Source: Escherichia phage vB_EcoS-101114BS4. From it: 45,251 nt of DNA. Position 1 is the stretch's first letter; each line of letters opens with the position of its first letter. Positions 15,977 through 26,135 of the stretch are shown here, one piece after another. The translations under genes were made by a program, and so were the position numbers. The DNA lies in sequence record NC_073061.1, one strand, 5' to 3'. Under the pieces are notes generated by a model. It made no database searches, was not told the origin of the DNA, and was given only the letters and a program-made list of their open reading frames with translations.

Positions 15977-18622
15977 ATGGCAGATCAAGCAGCAGGCATC
16001 ACGCTAAAGGCGGATGTTGCACAAATCAGAACGGCGAATACGGTGCTGGACTCATTCGCGCAGAAGTCCGAAAACACCGAAAACAAGGTCAAGAAATTAA
16101 ACGACACCCTCGGCAACTCAAAAAAGGTGACGAGTGACGCCGCGGGCGGAATGGGGAAGCTGGCAACTGAATCGCAGCGGGCCGCCGATGGCATGACGAA
16201 GCAGGAGCGACTTGCCAACCGCTTAGGCATGTCGACCAAAAACCTGGGCTTCGCATCGCGTAACGCCGCATTTCAGTTACAAGATATCGCGGTCACGCTC
16301 GAGATGGGTATGCCGGTGCACCGCGTCATGATTCAGCAGCTACCGCAGTTAACCGGGGCATTCGGTGGACTGGGTAACACGCTGCGTTATGTTGCTGGCT
16401 TTCTCGGTCCGGTAGGGATCGGCCTTGCTGCGGTAACGGCAACGCTAGGCGTAGGCGTGGCTATTACGTCCCGCGCAGAAAACCAGGTAGCGGCGCTGAA
16501 TAAGACGCTGGCGCTATCCGGTAACATCTCGGGCCTCACCGCTAACCAGATCCTGGTGCTGTCGGAGAACGCCGAACGAATGGGCGGTTCATTCAGCAAG
16601 ACGCGTGACACAATTCAGGCGCTGGCGGCGGCAGGTGTGAAAGCGGGTGCTGACTTCGGCGCGCTGGCGAAAGTAGTGAACGACTTCGCGAAGGTGTCTA
16701 ATCAGCCGATCGCCGACGTGGTGGAGTCCATCTCCAAATTGTCCAACGACCCGGTGGGCGGCTTGCGCGCACTGGCGGACAAGTATCACGTCGTTACCGA
16801 GGCGCAGATCCAGCAGGTGCAGTCACTGGTTACGACGGGTCGCGAAACGGAAGCGGTTGCGCTGGCTAACAAAACCGCAGCGGCGTCGTTCACCAGCATG
16901 ACCAACGAGATCAAGTCCAACATGGGTACGCTTGAGCGGTCGATGAACGTCGTAACATCGGCAGCTAAATCTATGTGGGACGCCATCCTGGATGTGGGCC
17001 GCGCGCAGTCTTCGAATGAATCCGAGATGAAAGCGCGTGAATCATTGCAGCGCATGACCACGGCCTACTACGCTGAGATGAAAGCGGTCAACGCTGCCGG
17101 TGGGGTAATGACTGAGGCGCAGAAAGCACGAATTAACATGCTTTATAGCGAACTGGTTGCACAGGAAAAAGTAGTAGCGTCGCTTACCCTGCGCAACCGT
17201 GCGGAGCGTGACAACGCCAGCGCCGCGGACAAATCAGCGAAGGCGAACGAGGAGGCCAACCGCACCGCCCGCGACCGTGCCGCGTTCGAGAAGGAATTTG
17301 CCACCAACGCTAAGAAGCGCGCCGACGAGATCGCCCGCCTCAATTTGCTGAATAAGCGCGGTGTGATTAACGAGAAAGAACTGGCTGAGGCGGTGAAGCA
17401 GGTCAACGAGCGCTACAAAGACCCCGCACCGAAGAAGGCGGCAGCAATTCGCGTCGATGCCGGTGTTAAAATGCTGGAGGTCGCGCGGAGCGAACTGGCA
17501 CAGCTTAAGGAGTCCGGCAAGCAGATCGAGGCCAATGCCACAACGCAGACCCGCACGCAGCGCGCACAGGCCGCGTTGAATAAGCTGGTGGCGGATAATG
17601 AGCAGATGGTCGCAGCAAGCAAGGAGCGCACTCTAACGGCAGCAGAAAAGCAGCAAATGGCTGAGTTCGAGGCGGTTAAAGCGGTACGAGAGCAGATCGT
17701 CGAAGAAGCCAAATTGCTGGACGCGAAAGAGAAGCAGATCAAGGCACACGCCCAGGTCGAGGCATTCATCAAGAACCAGAATGCCGAGCTAAGGGCCACC
17801 GCTGCGGGCTATGCGCTTTCCACTCGCGAAGCGGCTAACCTGCGCGAAGAATTACAGCTAATTGACCGCCTTCAGCGTGTCGGGGCTAACGATACCGATA
17901 TCGACAACGCGGTGTCTAAACTGCGCGAAGTGCAGGAAGCACAGACCGGTGCTAACGCCTCGTTGTGGGATGGCTTCAGCCGCGGGCTTAAGGATAGCGT
18001 GGATGAAATGGGGAACGGCTACACGCAGATGACGTCACTCACAAAATTCACGTTCGGCGCTATGCAGGACACGATGAACGAGTTTTTCGAGACGGGCAAG
18101 CTGAACGCGAAGGATATGGTTAAGTCCATCCTGAGCGAGTTAATCAAGCTGGCTACCTCACAGGCGTTTAAGTCCATCGTTAGCGCTTTCGGTGGGGACG
18201 GCGGCAAAAACGGATTGTTCGGCGCTATCTTCTCTGGCCTTACTAAGAACGCGGACGGCGGAGCGTACGCAGGGGGCAATCTCGCGGCCTATTCGGGGCA
18301 AGTGGTAAGCCAGCCTACCTTTTTCAGTTATGGCGTTCAGGCGTTCGCTAAGGGCGCTGGATTGATGGGTGAGGCGGGGCCTGAGGCAATCATGCCACTG
18401 AAGCGCGGGCCGGATGGGAAACTGGGCGTTGCCGCTGCCGGTGCTGGTGGGGGTGGGATGATTGTAACAACCAACGTGAACATGGGTACCGGTAAGACGG
18501 ACACCAGTGTGAGCGGACCGGACCCACGCACCGCGCAGGCGTTCGGAAAGCAAATCACCGAGTCGGTCAAGGCCGAGATCGTGAAAGCGACGAAACCGGG
18601 TGGAGTACTTTACAAACGATGA
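15977..18622 (+). CDS. Tail tape measure protein
   Basis: About 880 aa, alpha-helical Ala/Gln/Glu-rich coiled-coil-like, Gly-rich C-terminal region; start chosen at ATG 15977 with AGGGGA RBS. Confidence 0.85.
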   Translation: MADQAAGITLKADVAQIRTANTVLDSFAQKSENTENKVKKLNDTLGNSKKVTSDAAGGMGKLATESQRAADGMTKQERLANRLGMSTKNLGFASRNAAFQLQDIAVTLEMGMPVHRVMIQQLPQLTGAFGGLGNTLRYVAGFLGPVGIGLAAVTATLGVGVAITSRAENQVAALNKTLALSGNISGLTANQILVLSENAERMGGSFSKTRDTIQALAAAGVKAGADFGALAKVVNDFAKVSNQPIADVVESISKLSNDPVGGLRALADKYHVVTEAQIQQVQSLVTTGRETEAVALANKTAAASFTSMTNEIKSNMGTLERSMNVVTSAAKSMWDAILDVGRAQSSNESEMKARESLQRMTTAYYAEMKAVNAAGGVMTEAQKARINMLYSELVAQEKVVASLTLRNRAERDNASAADKSAKANEEANRTARDRAAFEKEFATNAKKRADEIARLNLLNKRGVINEKELAEAVKQVNERYKDPAPKKAAAIRVDAGVKMLEVARSELAQLKESGKQIEANATTQTRTQRAQAALNKLVADNEQMVAASKERTLTAAEKQQMAEFEAVKAVREQIVEEAKLLDAKEKQIKAHAQVEAFIKNQNAELRATAAGYALSTREAANLREELQLIDRLQRVGANDTDIDNAVSKLREVQEAQTGANASLWDGFSRGLKDSVDEMGNGYTQMTSLTKFTFGAMQDTMNEFFETGKLNAKDMVKSILSELIKLATSQAFKSIVSAFGGDGGKNGLFGAIFSGLTKNADGGAYAGGNLAAYSGQVVSQPTFFSYGVQAFAKGAGLMGEAGPEAIMPLKRGPDGKLGVAAAGAGGGGMIVTTNVNMGTGKTDTSVSGPDPRTAQAFGKQITESVKAEIVKATKPGGVLYKR

Positions 18623-18629
18623 TAAAATG

Positions 18630-18657
18630 GCCCTCACATACAACGTGGGGGCTTTTT
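18630..18657 (+). terminator. Weak terminator-like hairpin after the tape measure gene
   Basis: gccctcac-atacaac-gtgggggc hairpin followed by ttttt, then ATG at 18659. Confidence 0.4.
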
Positions 18658-18658
18658 C

Positions 18659-19258
18659 ATGGCACAAGGTACAATCACACTAACGAACGGAAGTAAGACC
18701 GTCACGGGCGCGGGGGCGGCGTTCCTGAGCGAGATCGGGAAGGTCCGCGTATTTGCCCGCATCGACGGCAACGACTACACCGGCAAAATTGCAGCATTCA
18801 ACTCTGATACAGTCATCACCCTGGTGGATAACTGGGCCGGTCCGACAAAAGCCGGTGCAGCCTACGAGCTAATCGAAGCGCACGACCCGCGATCAAACGA
18901 ATGGCCCTATTACTGGCACATGCAATTGCAAGGTGGCGGCGACGTGCAGTTGGCTTTCCGGTCGGAGGAATTGCAATTCGGCAATGGCTACGGGCAGAAC
19001 ATCGCGGATGGCCCGAACGCCGAGACGAAACAGTTCCCCGTGCAATTCATCGGACTGACTACTGACAAGTGGTGCGACCCTAAACTGGTGTACAACTTCC
19101 TTCGCGGGCATTTCGTCAAGCCGTTTGTAGTCACCGCGCCTGATGGTGAAACAGGTTTATTCGTGGTCGAGCGTTCGAGCTTGTCGTACACTGACAACGG
19201 ACACTACACGGCAACGGTATCCGCCACCCTTAAGACTGCTATTGGATTTGTAAGATGA
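18659..19258 (+). CDS. Minor tail protein (lambda M position)
   Basis: 199-aa ORF directly after the tape measure gene; N-terminus MAQGTITLTNGSKTVTGAGAAF resembles the N-terminus of the fibre gene at 26136. Confidence 0.6.
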   Translation: MAQGTITLTNGSKTVTGAGAAFLSEIGKVRVFARIDGNDYTGKIAAFNSDTVITLVDNWAGPTKAGAAYELIEAHDPRSNEWPYYWHMQLQGGGDVQLAFRSEELQFGNGYGQNIADGPNAETKQFPVQFIGLTTDKWCDPKLVYNFLRGHFVKPFVVTAPDGETGLFVVERSSLSYTDNGHYTATVSATLKTAIGFVR

Positions 19259-20043
19259 ATAAACTCTATCGTGAGGCGACGCGCTTTGACCCATCGGGCC
19301 GCGTTCGCCTGATTCACATTGATGCGCAGGACGTGGAGCCGGGCGACGGCGCGATCGGCGCGGGCCACCATTATTTCCATTACTGCTTTATTCCGCACAC
19401 TGCCGAAGATATTGCTGCCGCTGGGGGTGACGAGGGCAAGCTAAAGCCAAAATCTATCTTCTTCGGCGGGCAGGAGTTCGAATTTTGGCCCTTCGATTTG
19501 TCTGGCCTCAACTTCTCCACATCAACGGCAGCAGAACCGCAGCTAACCATCGTCGATATTGGCGGGATTATCACCCGGCTGTCACTGAATCACGACCAGC
19601 TACTGGGCGCGAAGGTTGAAATCATCGACACGTTTGCGAAGTTCCTGGACAACGGGCCGGATCCAGACCCGACTCAGAAACGTGTCCAGGAGTTTTACAT
19701 CGACTCACAGGTCGGTCGCAATCCGGGCAAACAAATCACCTTCGCATTATCCTCACCCGCGGATATGGAGGGGCAAGTCGTCCCGCGCCGCCAAATCATG
19801 AATATGTGCGAATGGGCGCTCAACGGGAAGTATGCCAGCGGGGACGGGTGCACGTGGAACCTTGCACAACCAGGCATCAAGTATTATGACGAACGCGGTA
19901 ATGAAGTCATCGCGATGGAGATGGACCGGTGCGGCGGCTGTTTGTCCGACTGTTATCTTCGATTCGGACAAGGGCTTGCAGATCCGAAAGCGGCGGTACT
20001 GGATTACGGCGGCTTTCCGGGGTCCAGATTAATTAAGGGGTAG
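19255..20043 (+). CDS. Minor tail protein L-like
   Basis: 262 aa; C-terminal cysteine cluster (CEWALNG...DGCTWN...MDRCGGCLSDC) as in lambda gpL; synteny M-L-K-I-J. Confidence 0.65.
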   Translation: MNKLYREATRFDPSGRVRLIHIDAQDVEPGDGAIGAGHHYFHYCFIPHTAEDIAAAGGDEGKLKPKSIFFGGQEFEFWPFDLSGLNFSTSTAAEPQLTIVDIGGIITRLSLNHDQLLGAKVEIIDTFAKFLDNGPDPDPTQKRVQEFYIDSQVGRNPGKQITFALSSPADMEGQVVPRRQIMNMCEWALNGKYASGDGCTWNLAQPGIKYYDERGNEVIAMEMDRCGGCLSDCYLRFGQGLADPKAAVLDYGGFPGSRLIKG

Positions 20044-20045
20044 TC

Positions 20046-20786
20046 ATGTTAACGAAAAAGGTTAAGAGCGATATCGCCGCACACGTTGCGGCATGTCTGC
20101 CGGAAGAAGCGTGTGGCCTGGTTGTCATGGTGGGTCGTAAGCAAGTATTCATCCCGTGCCTGAACGTATTCGAAGACCCTACCGGCGCGCGCTCGCGTAA
20201 GGACGCGTTTACAATTAGTGATATGGCATGGATGGACGCCGAGGATATTGGTGACGTCGTGCGCGTAGTCCACTCACATCCAGGCCAGCGGGAGTTAACC
20301 CCGTCATTGGGCGACGTTAACGGATGCAACGGCAGCGGCATTGTGTGGACCATCGCCAATGAGTATGGCGACTTTATCGAGATCGACCCGGAAGACCCGC
20401 CGCTGGTAGGTCGCCGATTTGTTCTCGGAATTACGGATTGCTATGGCCTCGTCATGGACTGGCACAAAAAACAGGGCGTGATTCTGCCTGACTTCCGCGT
20501 GCCGTATAACTGGTGGGAAATGGGCGAAAGCCTGTACATGGATAACTGGTATGATGCGGGATTCAGGGAGTGCGAGGAGAATACACCGGGGGCAATGGTC
20601 ATCATGCAGATTAGCGCGCCAGTGCCTAACCATGCTGGGATCTTCCTTCCGGGCAACCAACTACTACACCATATCTACGGCAGCTTGTCGAGCGTGGTCC
20701 CCTTCCGGGCAGGATTTTTCCGCGACAATGTGGTTAAATGGGTGCGTCATAAAGACTTACCTGGGGATATTACAGAATGGCAATGA
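20046..20786 (+). CDS. Tail tip assembly protein K-like (MPN/JAMM plus NlpC/P60-like)
   Basis: VVRVVHSHPGQRELTPSLGD (JAMM-type HSHP motif) and a downstream Cys/His region; 246 aa; synteny. Confidence 0.75.
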   Translation: MLTKKVKSDIAAHVAACLPEEACGLVVMVGRKQVFIPCLNVFEDPTGARSRKDAFTISDMAWMDAEDIGDVVRVVHSHPGQRELTPSLGDVNGCNGSGIVWTIANEYGDFIEIDPEDPPLVGRRFVLGITDCYGLVMDWHKKQGVILPDFRVPYNWWEMGESLYMDNWYDAGFRECEENTPGAMVIMQISAPVPNHAGIFLPGNQLLHHIYGSLSSVVPFRAGFFRDNVVKWVRHKDLPGDITEWQ

Positions 20787-21394
20787 CCACATTTAAATTG
20801 TACGGCGTCTTAGGACGTCGTTTTGGTAAAGTGCATAAGCTGGACTGTTTCACACCTGGCGAGGGTATCACCGGCCTATGCGTGAAGTTACCAGGCTTAC
20901 AGGACTTTCTAATGTCGGCCCACCTGAACAGCATGATGTTCAAGGTGCGCAAGGGCAAGCACACAATGACCAGCTACGACGAGTTGGGCGAGTTCCACGG
21001 CGACCGCGTAGTTACCATCGCGCCAGTCATGACTGGTGCTAAAAGCGGACTTGGACAATTGCTGGCGGGCGTAGCTATCGTGGTGGCGTCGTTCTATACC
21101 GGTGGGCTTGCCGCTGCCGCTTTCGGTGCTTCCGCTGCGACCGCTGCCGCTATTGGAACGGCGACGTTTTCGTTCGGTATGTCGCTTGCGCTGGGCGGCG
21201 CTATGCAATTGCTGTCACCGCAGCCGAAAGGATTGCAGACACGGCAGGACGTGGATAACAAGGCGTCGTATGCGTTTGGCGGGCCTGTAAACACGACCGC
21301 GCAAGGTACGGCACTTGGTGTATTATGGGGCGAGCGTGAGATCGGCGGCGCTATTATTTCAGCCGGAATTGTAACCGAGGATTTGAACGAATGA
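20777..21394 (+). CDS. Tail assembly protein I-like
   Basis: 205-aa ORF with Gly/Ala-rich hydrophobic C-terminal half, between the K-like and J-like genes. Confidence 0.6.
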   Translation: MAMTTFKLYGVLGRRFGKVHKLDCFTPGEGITGLCVKLPGLQDFLMSAHLNSMMFKVRKGKHTMTSYDELGEFHGDRVVTIAPVMTGAKSGLGQLLAGVAIVVASFYTGGLAAAAFGASAATAAAIGTATFSFGMSLALGGAMQLLSPQPKGLQTRQDVDNKASYAFGGPVNTTAQGTALGVLWGEREIGGAIISAGIVTEDLNE

Positions 21395-24300
21395 CGATTG
21401 TATACGACGTCACGGGTCATAAAGGCGGCGGTGGCAAACAGCACACCCCACAGGAGACGCCTGATAGCCTGCATTCGCTGGCTAAAATCCGCATCTTGCT
21501 CGCACTGGGCGAGGGCGAATTTGAAGGCATTCCCGACCCTAACGAATTACGGCAGCGTGTATACCTGGACGGCACACCGATCCAGAACGCCGACCTGTCG
21601 GATAACTTCCCCGGCGCGCGTGTGGAGTTCCGCCCCGGCACGCAGCACCAGGATGTGATTCACGGTTTTTCAGCGGTGGAAAGCGAGCAAACAGTAGGCG
21701 TAAAACTGGAGAACGGCGCGCCGTGGGTGCGCCAGATTTCGGACACCAGTTTGGACGCCGTGCGCATTCGAATCGGTATTCCGGCCCTGTACACCAACGA
21801 AGATAATGGCGACCTGGTGGGCGGGCGCATCGACTATAAAATCGTTGTGTATACCGACAATGCTGATCCGCGGGAGTTTACATTCGCTGCCGTTGGTAAA
21901 ACAATGTCGCTGTATGAGCGCGATCACCGAATCGAATTACCGCCGAACGTTAACACCGGCTGGCGCGTGGAGGTGCACCGCACAACGGCAGACTCCACAT
22001 CGGCAAAAGTGGTCAACGATATTCAGGTACAATCCATTACTGAGATTATCGACGCCCGCCTGCGATACCCGCTAACCGCGCTGTTGTTCGTGGAGTTCGA
22101 TGCTAAGGCGTTCCAGAACATCCCGCGTGTGTCCATCAAGTGCAAAGGCCGCAAAGTGCTGGTGCCGAACAACTACGACCCGATTAATCATACCTATTCT
22201 GGTGACTGGGACGGCACATTTAAACGCGCCTGGACGGATAACCCTGCGTGGCACTGGTACGATATTTGTATTACTGAGCGCTTCGGCCTCGGTCGTCGTG
22301 TCAAGCCACAAATGCTAAACCGTTACGCACTCTACCAGATTTCGCAGCGCTGCGATCAGATGGTCAGTGACGGCAACGGCGGTCAGGAAATCCGATTTAA
22401 GAATGATATGTACATTCAGTCGCAGACCGACGCCTGGACCGTGCTGAAGGATTTAGCGGCTATCTTTGCGGGCATGACCTGGTGGGGCAACCAGATGTTG
22501 AATATCGTCAGTGACCAGCCTGTCGCAGCGGTATCGCATACTATCACCAACGCCTCGGTCATTGATGGTCGATTCGACTACGCATCGGGAAGCCAGAAAA
22601 CTCGGTATTCCACGTTCTCGGTAGCCTACGGCAACCCGAAGAACCACTATGATGACGCCATCGCAACGGGTCAACGTGTCGAACTGGTGCGCCGCCATAA
22701 GATTAACCGCCTTGATATCACGGCGATCGGCTGTACGCGAGAATCTGAAGCGCAACGCCGCGGGCACTGGGCGCTAATCTCCAACCAGCTTGACCAGCAA
22801 GTCAGCTTTAAGGTTGGCATGGAGGGGTTATTCTTTATTCCGGGGAGCGTAGTCGCGATCGCAGATACTAACATTTCTGGCGGCTTCGAGACACGCGGCG
22901 GACGCCTGTTGTCAGATCCAGGCACGCGCACCGTGCTGAACACGGACAGCGAAATCACGTTCCGCCCTGGTGATAAATTCCTGGTGCGCACCGATAGCGG
23001 TAATGTGGAGACTCGCGAGATTGCCAGCGTCAACGGCAACCAGGTCACGCTAAAAACCGCACTGGACTCCGACCCGATTCCCGATCAGCCGTTTTGCGTT
23101 GATGGCGATGATATCCAGTTGCAGAAGTTCCGCATCACAGACCTGGAATATGACGACGCTACCAGCACTTTTTCGGTGCGCGGGATTGAGTACAACGATA
23201 GCAAATATGATGCCGTTGATAATGGCGCGCGTCTTGATCCGGGTATCTTCACTCAAGTGCCGGACGGCGTGATGAAGGGGCCAGAATCCGTTACTATCAC
23301 CCCGTCGCAGATTTCATCGCAAGGCCAGCTAATCACCAACGTAGATATTGTTTTTCCGCCGGTGAAGGATGCCGTTGTGTACGAAATCCAGTGGCGACGT
23401 ACCAGCTTGCAGAATCTGGAAGTACAGTGGGGCAACGACTGGGTTAACATCCCCCGCACGGCGTCGAACGGCGCGCACATCCCGAACGTGTTTTCTGGTA
23501 ACTACCAGGCACGCGTCCGCGCTATCGGTATGGGCGAGATTTCAGCCCCGTGGGTGTCATCCGAAATCACGCCGGTCGAGGGCCGTCTTGGCGGGCTAAA
23601 CGCGCCAATCATTACCAACGCGATTTCGGGCCTTCATCAAATTTTGTGGAAGTGGAATCACAACAACGCCGCGACGGATATTTCGTATACCGAGCTTGAA
23701 GTGCGCAAGCTGGGTGAGACTGAATGGAAATTCTTGACCAACGTCCCATATCCGGGGTCAGACTATGCGCAAACGTCGCTGGAATTCGGGATCTACCAGC
23801 AGTTGCGCGCACGCGTAGCGGATAAAATCGGCAACCTGTCGGACTGGTCAGACCCGTTTGACGGTCAGGTGAGTGACAAAGTTGACGAGTACATGCAGGG
23901 GCTTGATGACGAGTTCTTGACTTCCGAGGACGGTAAACACTTCCAGGAAGCAATCGACACCATTCCACAAGGCATTTACGAGGCCATGCTCACCGACGCG
24001 CAGCAGTTGTTTAACGCCCGCTCCGAGTATCAAGGGATTTATGCGGAAATCAAGGTGGCGTACAACGTTGCGGTGGACGCAAACGAGGCCGTAGCGCAAC
24101 TGGAAACGCTGATCGGCACGCGCCTTGACGATGCGGAAGCGTCAATCCACACGTTGCAGACTGCGCAAAGCACGCACGAACAAGCGTTCGCCCAGTATCA
24201 ACAAACTGTTGCCGCTAAGTTCGGGGAACAGGAAGCTGCCATCCAGCAGGTACAAACGGCAACGGCAGACGTAGCGGGCGCGCTGGCTGAGTATAAGACC

Positions 24301-24837
24301 CAGGTAGCGGCACAGTTCGGTCAGCAGTCCGCAGCGATCGAGCAGAAGATGACGTCTTCGTTTAACCATGCTGGCGGTAGCGCCACCTACAGCCTTAAAG
24401 CTGGCGTGACGTATAACGGGGCTTACTATGATGCCGGTATGCAGCTTTCCGTTGTGGCGGAAGGTGGCGCGGTTAAATCTCGCATCGCGTTCAAGGCGGA
24501 CCAGTTCTACATCATGCACCCGTCGAATGGGTCGCTTTCGTCCGCGTTTATCGTCGACGGCGGTCAGGTGTACATTGACACGGCGCGCATCAAGAATGCG
24601 TCCATCAACTTCGCACAGATCACGGACACGCTGCAATCCAATAACTGGAATCCGGGTAACAGCGGCTGGCGAATCGCGAAGGATGGCGGGGCGGAGTTCA
24701 ACAACGTAACGGTACGCGGCAACTTGTTCGCGACTACGGGTAATTTCGGATTCTCCGGCGGGTCCGTTACGATCGACGCAACGGGCGTCAACGTGCCATT
24801 ACCTGGAGGGGGAAGGGTTAAAGTCGGGACGTGGTAA
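21391..24837 (+). CDS. Central tail fibre / host specificity protein J-like
   Basis: 1148-aa ORF at the J position of a lambda-like tail tip module. Confidence 0.8.
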   Translation: MTIVYDVTGHKGGGGKQHTPQETPDSLHSLAKIRILLALGEGEFEGIPDPNELRQRVYLDGTPIQNADLSDNFPGARVEFRPGTQHQDVIHGFSAVESEQTVGVKLENGAPWVRQISDTSLDAVRIRIGIPALYTNEDNGDLVGGRIDYKIVVYTDNADPREFTFAAVGKTMSLYERDHRIELPPNVNTGWRVEVHRTTADSTSAKVVNDIQVQSITEIIDARLRYPLTALLFVEFDAKAFQNIPRVSIKCKGRKVLVPNNYDPINHTYSGDWDGTFKRAWTDNPAWHWYDICITERFGLGRRVKPQMLNRYALYQISQRCDQMVSDGNGGQEIRFKNDMYIQSQTDAWTVLKDLAAIFAGMTWWGNQMLNIVSDQPVAAVSHTITNASVIDGRFDYASGSQKTRYSTFSVAYGNPKNHYDDAIATGQRVELVRRHKINRLDITAIGCTRESEAQRRGHWALISNQLDQQVSFKVGMEGLFFIPGSVVAIADTNISGGFETRGGRLLSDPGTRTVLNTDSEITFRPGDKFLVRTDSGNVETREIASVNGNQVTLKTALDSDPIPDQPFCVDGDDIQLQKFRITDLEYDDATSTFSVRGIEYNDSKYDAVDNGARLDPGIFTQVPDGVMKGPESVTITPSQISSQGQLITNVDIVFPPVKDAVVYEIQWRRTSLQNLEVQWGNDWVNIPRTASNGAHIPNVFSGNYQARVRAIGMGEISAPWVSSEITPVEGRLGGLNAPIITNAISGLHQILWKWNHNNAATDISYTELEVRKLGETEWKFLTNVPYPGSDYAQTSLEFGIYQQLRARVADKIGNLSDWSDPFDGQVSDKVDEYMQGLDDEFLTSEDGKHFQEAIDTIPQGIYEAMLTDAQQLFNARSEYQGIYAEIKVAYNVAVDANEAVAQLETLIGTRLDDAEASIHTLQTAQSTHEQAFAQYQQTVAAKFGEQEAAIQQVQTATADVAGALAEYKTQVAAQFGQQSAAIEQKMTSSFNHAGGSATYSLKAGVTYNGAYYDAGMQLSVVAEGGAVKSRIAFKADQFYIMHPSNGSLSSAFIVDGGQVYIDTARIKNASINFAQITDTLQSNNWNPGNSGWRIAKDGGAEFNNVTVRGNLFATTGNFGFSGGSVTIDATGVNVPLPGGGRVKVGTW

Positions 24838-24844
24838 ATGAGAA

Positions 24845-24866
24845 GGGGCCATCCGGCCCCTTTTTT
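24845..24866. terminator. Terminator (bidirectional) between convergent J-like and RBP-like genes
   Basis: ggggcc-atcc-ggcccc hairpin followed by tttttt; nearly identical sequence recurs at 27669..27690. Confidence 0.75.
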
Positions 24867-25830
24867 AATACATGTTAGGTATGACGAGTAACGGGGTTGG
24901 GACGGCTATGTTGCGGTTAGGCATCTGGAATTGCTGCCGTGAGTAGTTACCGATTACGCGATTACGCGCCGCACTAACCACGTTGCCCGCCATGCGTATC
25001 CCGTTCATTCGAACGTGGTTGTAGCCGCTGTTGTTCTCAATGAGCGCGCCGGTATATGAAAGCTGTACGAGGCTATTACCGATATTCTGACCGCCGGTGC
25101 CGATATTAATTACCGAATTGAGCACAAACGGCTTGTTAACGGTCGAGAACGTGACCTGCCCCTGGTTGTTCGTCATGGTGATACCAGTCCCCGGTGATGG
25201 AGGCGTATTGTTGAAGATAACCAGATCCAAGTCCACTTCGGCCCCGACGTCATCAATCCCGCCATAAGACGAATTGCGGACGATGATACTACTACCATCG
25301 AAGCCTACCGATACGTTGCCATTATCCCAGCGCGCGAACGGGATACCGCCCACAGGCAAAGGCATACTACCGTTCACGTGCACGCGCTGCGCGTAGCGGC
25401 AGGTCATTAACCGGGACACGTTGGAAATCGCGGTGAAGTCTGTCGAGTTCGCCACCAGTAAGCCCGCATTGCGTGACCCCACCGGCAGCACTTCCATAAT
25501 TATACCAGCCCATTGCGGGAGGCCGCTGTATGCGTTATGCGCGTCCGCGCCTCGAAGGATAATTCCACTATCCCCGTTGCGCTGTACCGACGTCACGTAG
25601 AACGGGTCGGGGAGAACCAGCGTCTGGTCGAACACCTCAAGCACTTCTACCGGGCGCGTGAGTGCAACGACAAGGTCCGACCCTGGTGTTAGCGGGGTAT
25701 TAATGGTCAGCGTCTTGTCGGACTGGCAGCGCTGATCAAACGTAGTGCAGTATGACGGAGCGCGCAAACCGGCAGTTATCTCCATAATCGGTCGTCCGTC
25801 GTTGTAGTCGATGAGTATTCCAGCGCCCAT
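24865..25830 (-). CDS. Putative receptor-binding protein (tail tip RBP)
   Basis: 321-aa Asn/Gly/Ser/Thr-rich protein antisense to and directly downstream of the J-like gene; start at MGAGILIDY with GGAG RBS; function inferred from position and composition only. Confidence 0.4.
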   Translation of the reverse strand: MGAGILIDYNDGRPIMEITAGLRAPSYCTTFDQRCQSDKTLTINTPLTPGSDLVVALTRPVEVLEVFDQTLVLPDPFYVTSVQRNGDSGIILRGADAHNAYSGLPQWAGIIMEVLPVGSRNAGLLVANSTDFTAISNVSRLMTCRYAQRVHVNGSMPLPVGGIPFARWDNGNVSVGFDGSSIIVRNSSYGGIDDVGAEVDLDLVIFNNTPPSPGTGITMTNNQGQVTFSTVNKPFVLNSVINIGTGGQNIGNSLVQLSYTGALIENNSGYNHVRMNGIRMAGNVVSAARNRVIGNYSRQQFQMPNRNIAVPTPLLVIPNMY

Positions 25831-25832
25831 TA

Positions 25833-26054
25833 TTACCACTCCCGTGATTTAACAGATACAGTGCCTGAGAAATTGCCGTCGCTATCGGCAGATAGGCCCG
25901 TGAAGCGCATGTCCACGTCCCCGGCAGGGACTTTTTGCCCGTCAACGTAGCGTAACATGCAGCTACCGTAAGCAACCGTAATGCAATCGCCGTTGTTGCG
26001 TTCTACAGCACAACCGGACAAAAGGACCGCACAAATCATAATTAAAGTTTTCAT
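25833..26054 (-). CDS. Small lipoprotein, candidate superinfection-exclusion protein (Cor/Llp-like by context)
   Basis: MKTLIMICAVLLSGCAV signal peptide with lipobox LSGC; 73 aa; immediately upstream of and overlapping the RBP-like gene. Confidence 0.55.
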   Translation of the reverse strand: MKTLIMICAVLLSGCAVERNNGDCITVAYGSCMLRYVDGQKVPAGDVDMRFTGLSADSDGNFSGTVSVKSREW

Positions 26055-26135
26055 GTTATCATCTCCTATATTTGGTTGAGTTTTAGTATTGCACCGCTCA
26101 ATCAAGAATGCAACCAATTTTAAGAGGATTCAGCT
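26055..26135. promoter_or_regulatory. Divergent control region between the lipoprotein and lateral fibre genes, with a TGCAACCAAT motif
   Basis: GCAACCAA at 26110-26117 and a degenerate copy (ttggttga) at 26073; 18 bp upstream of the ATG at 26136. Confidence 0.45.
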
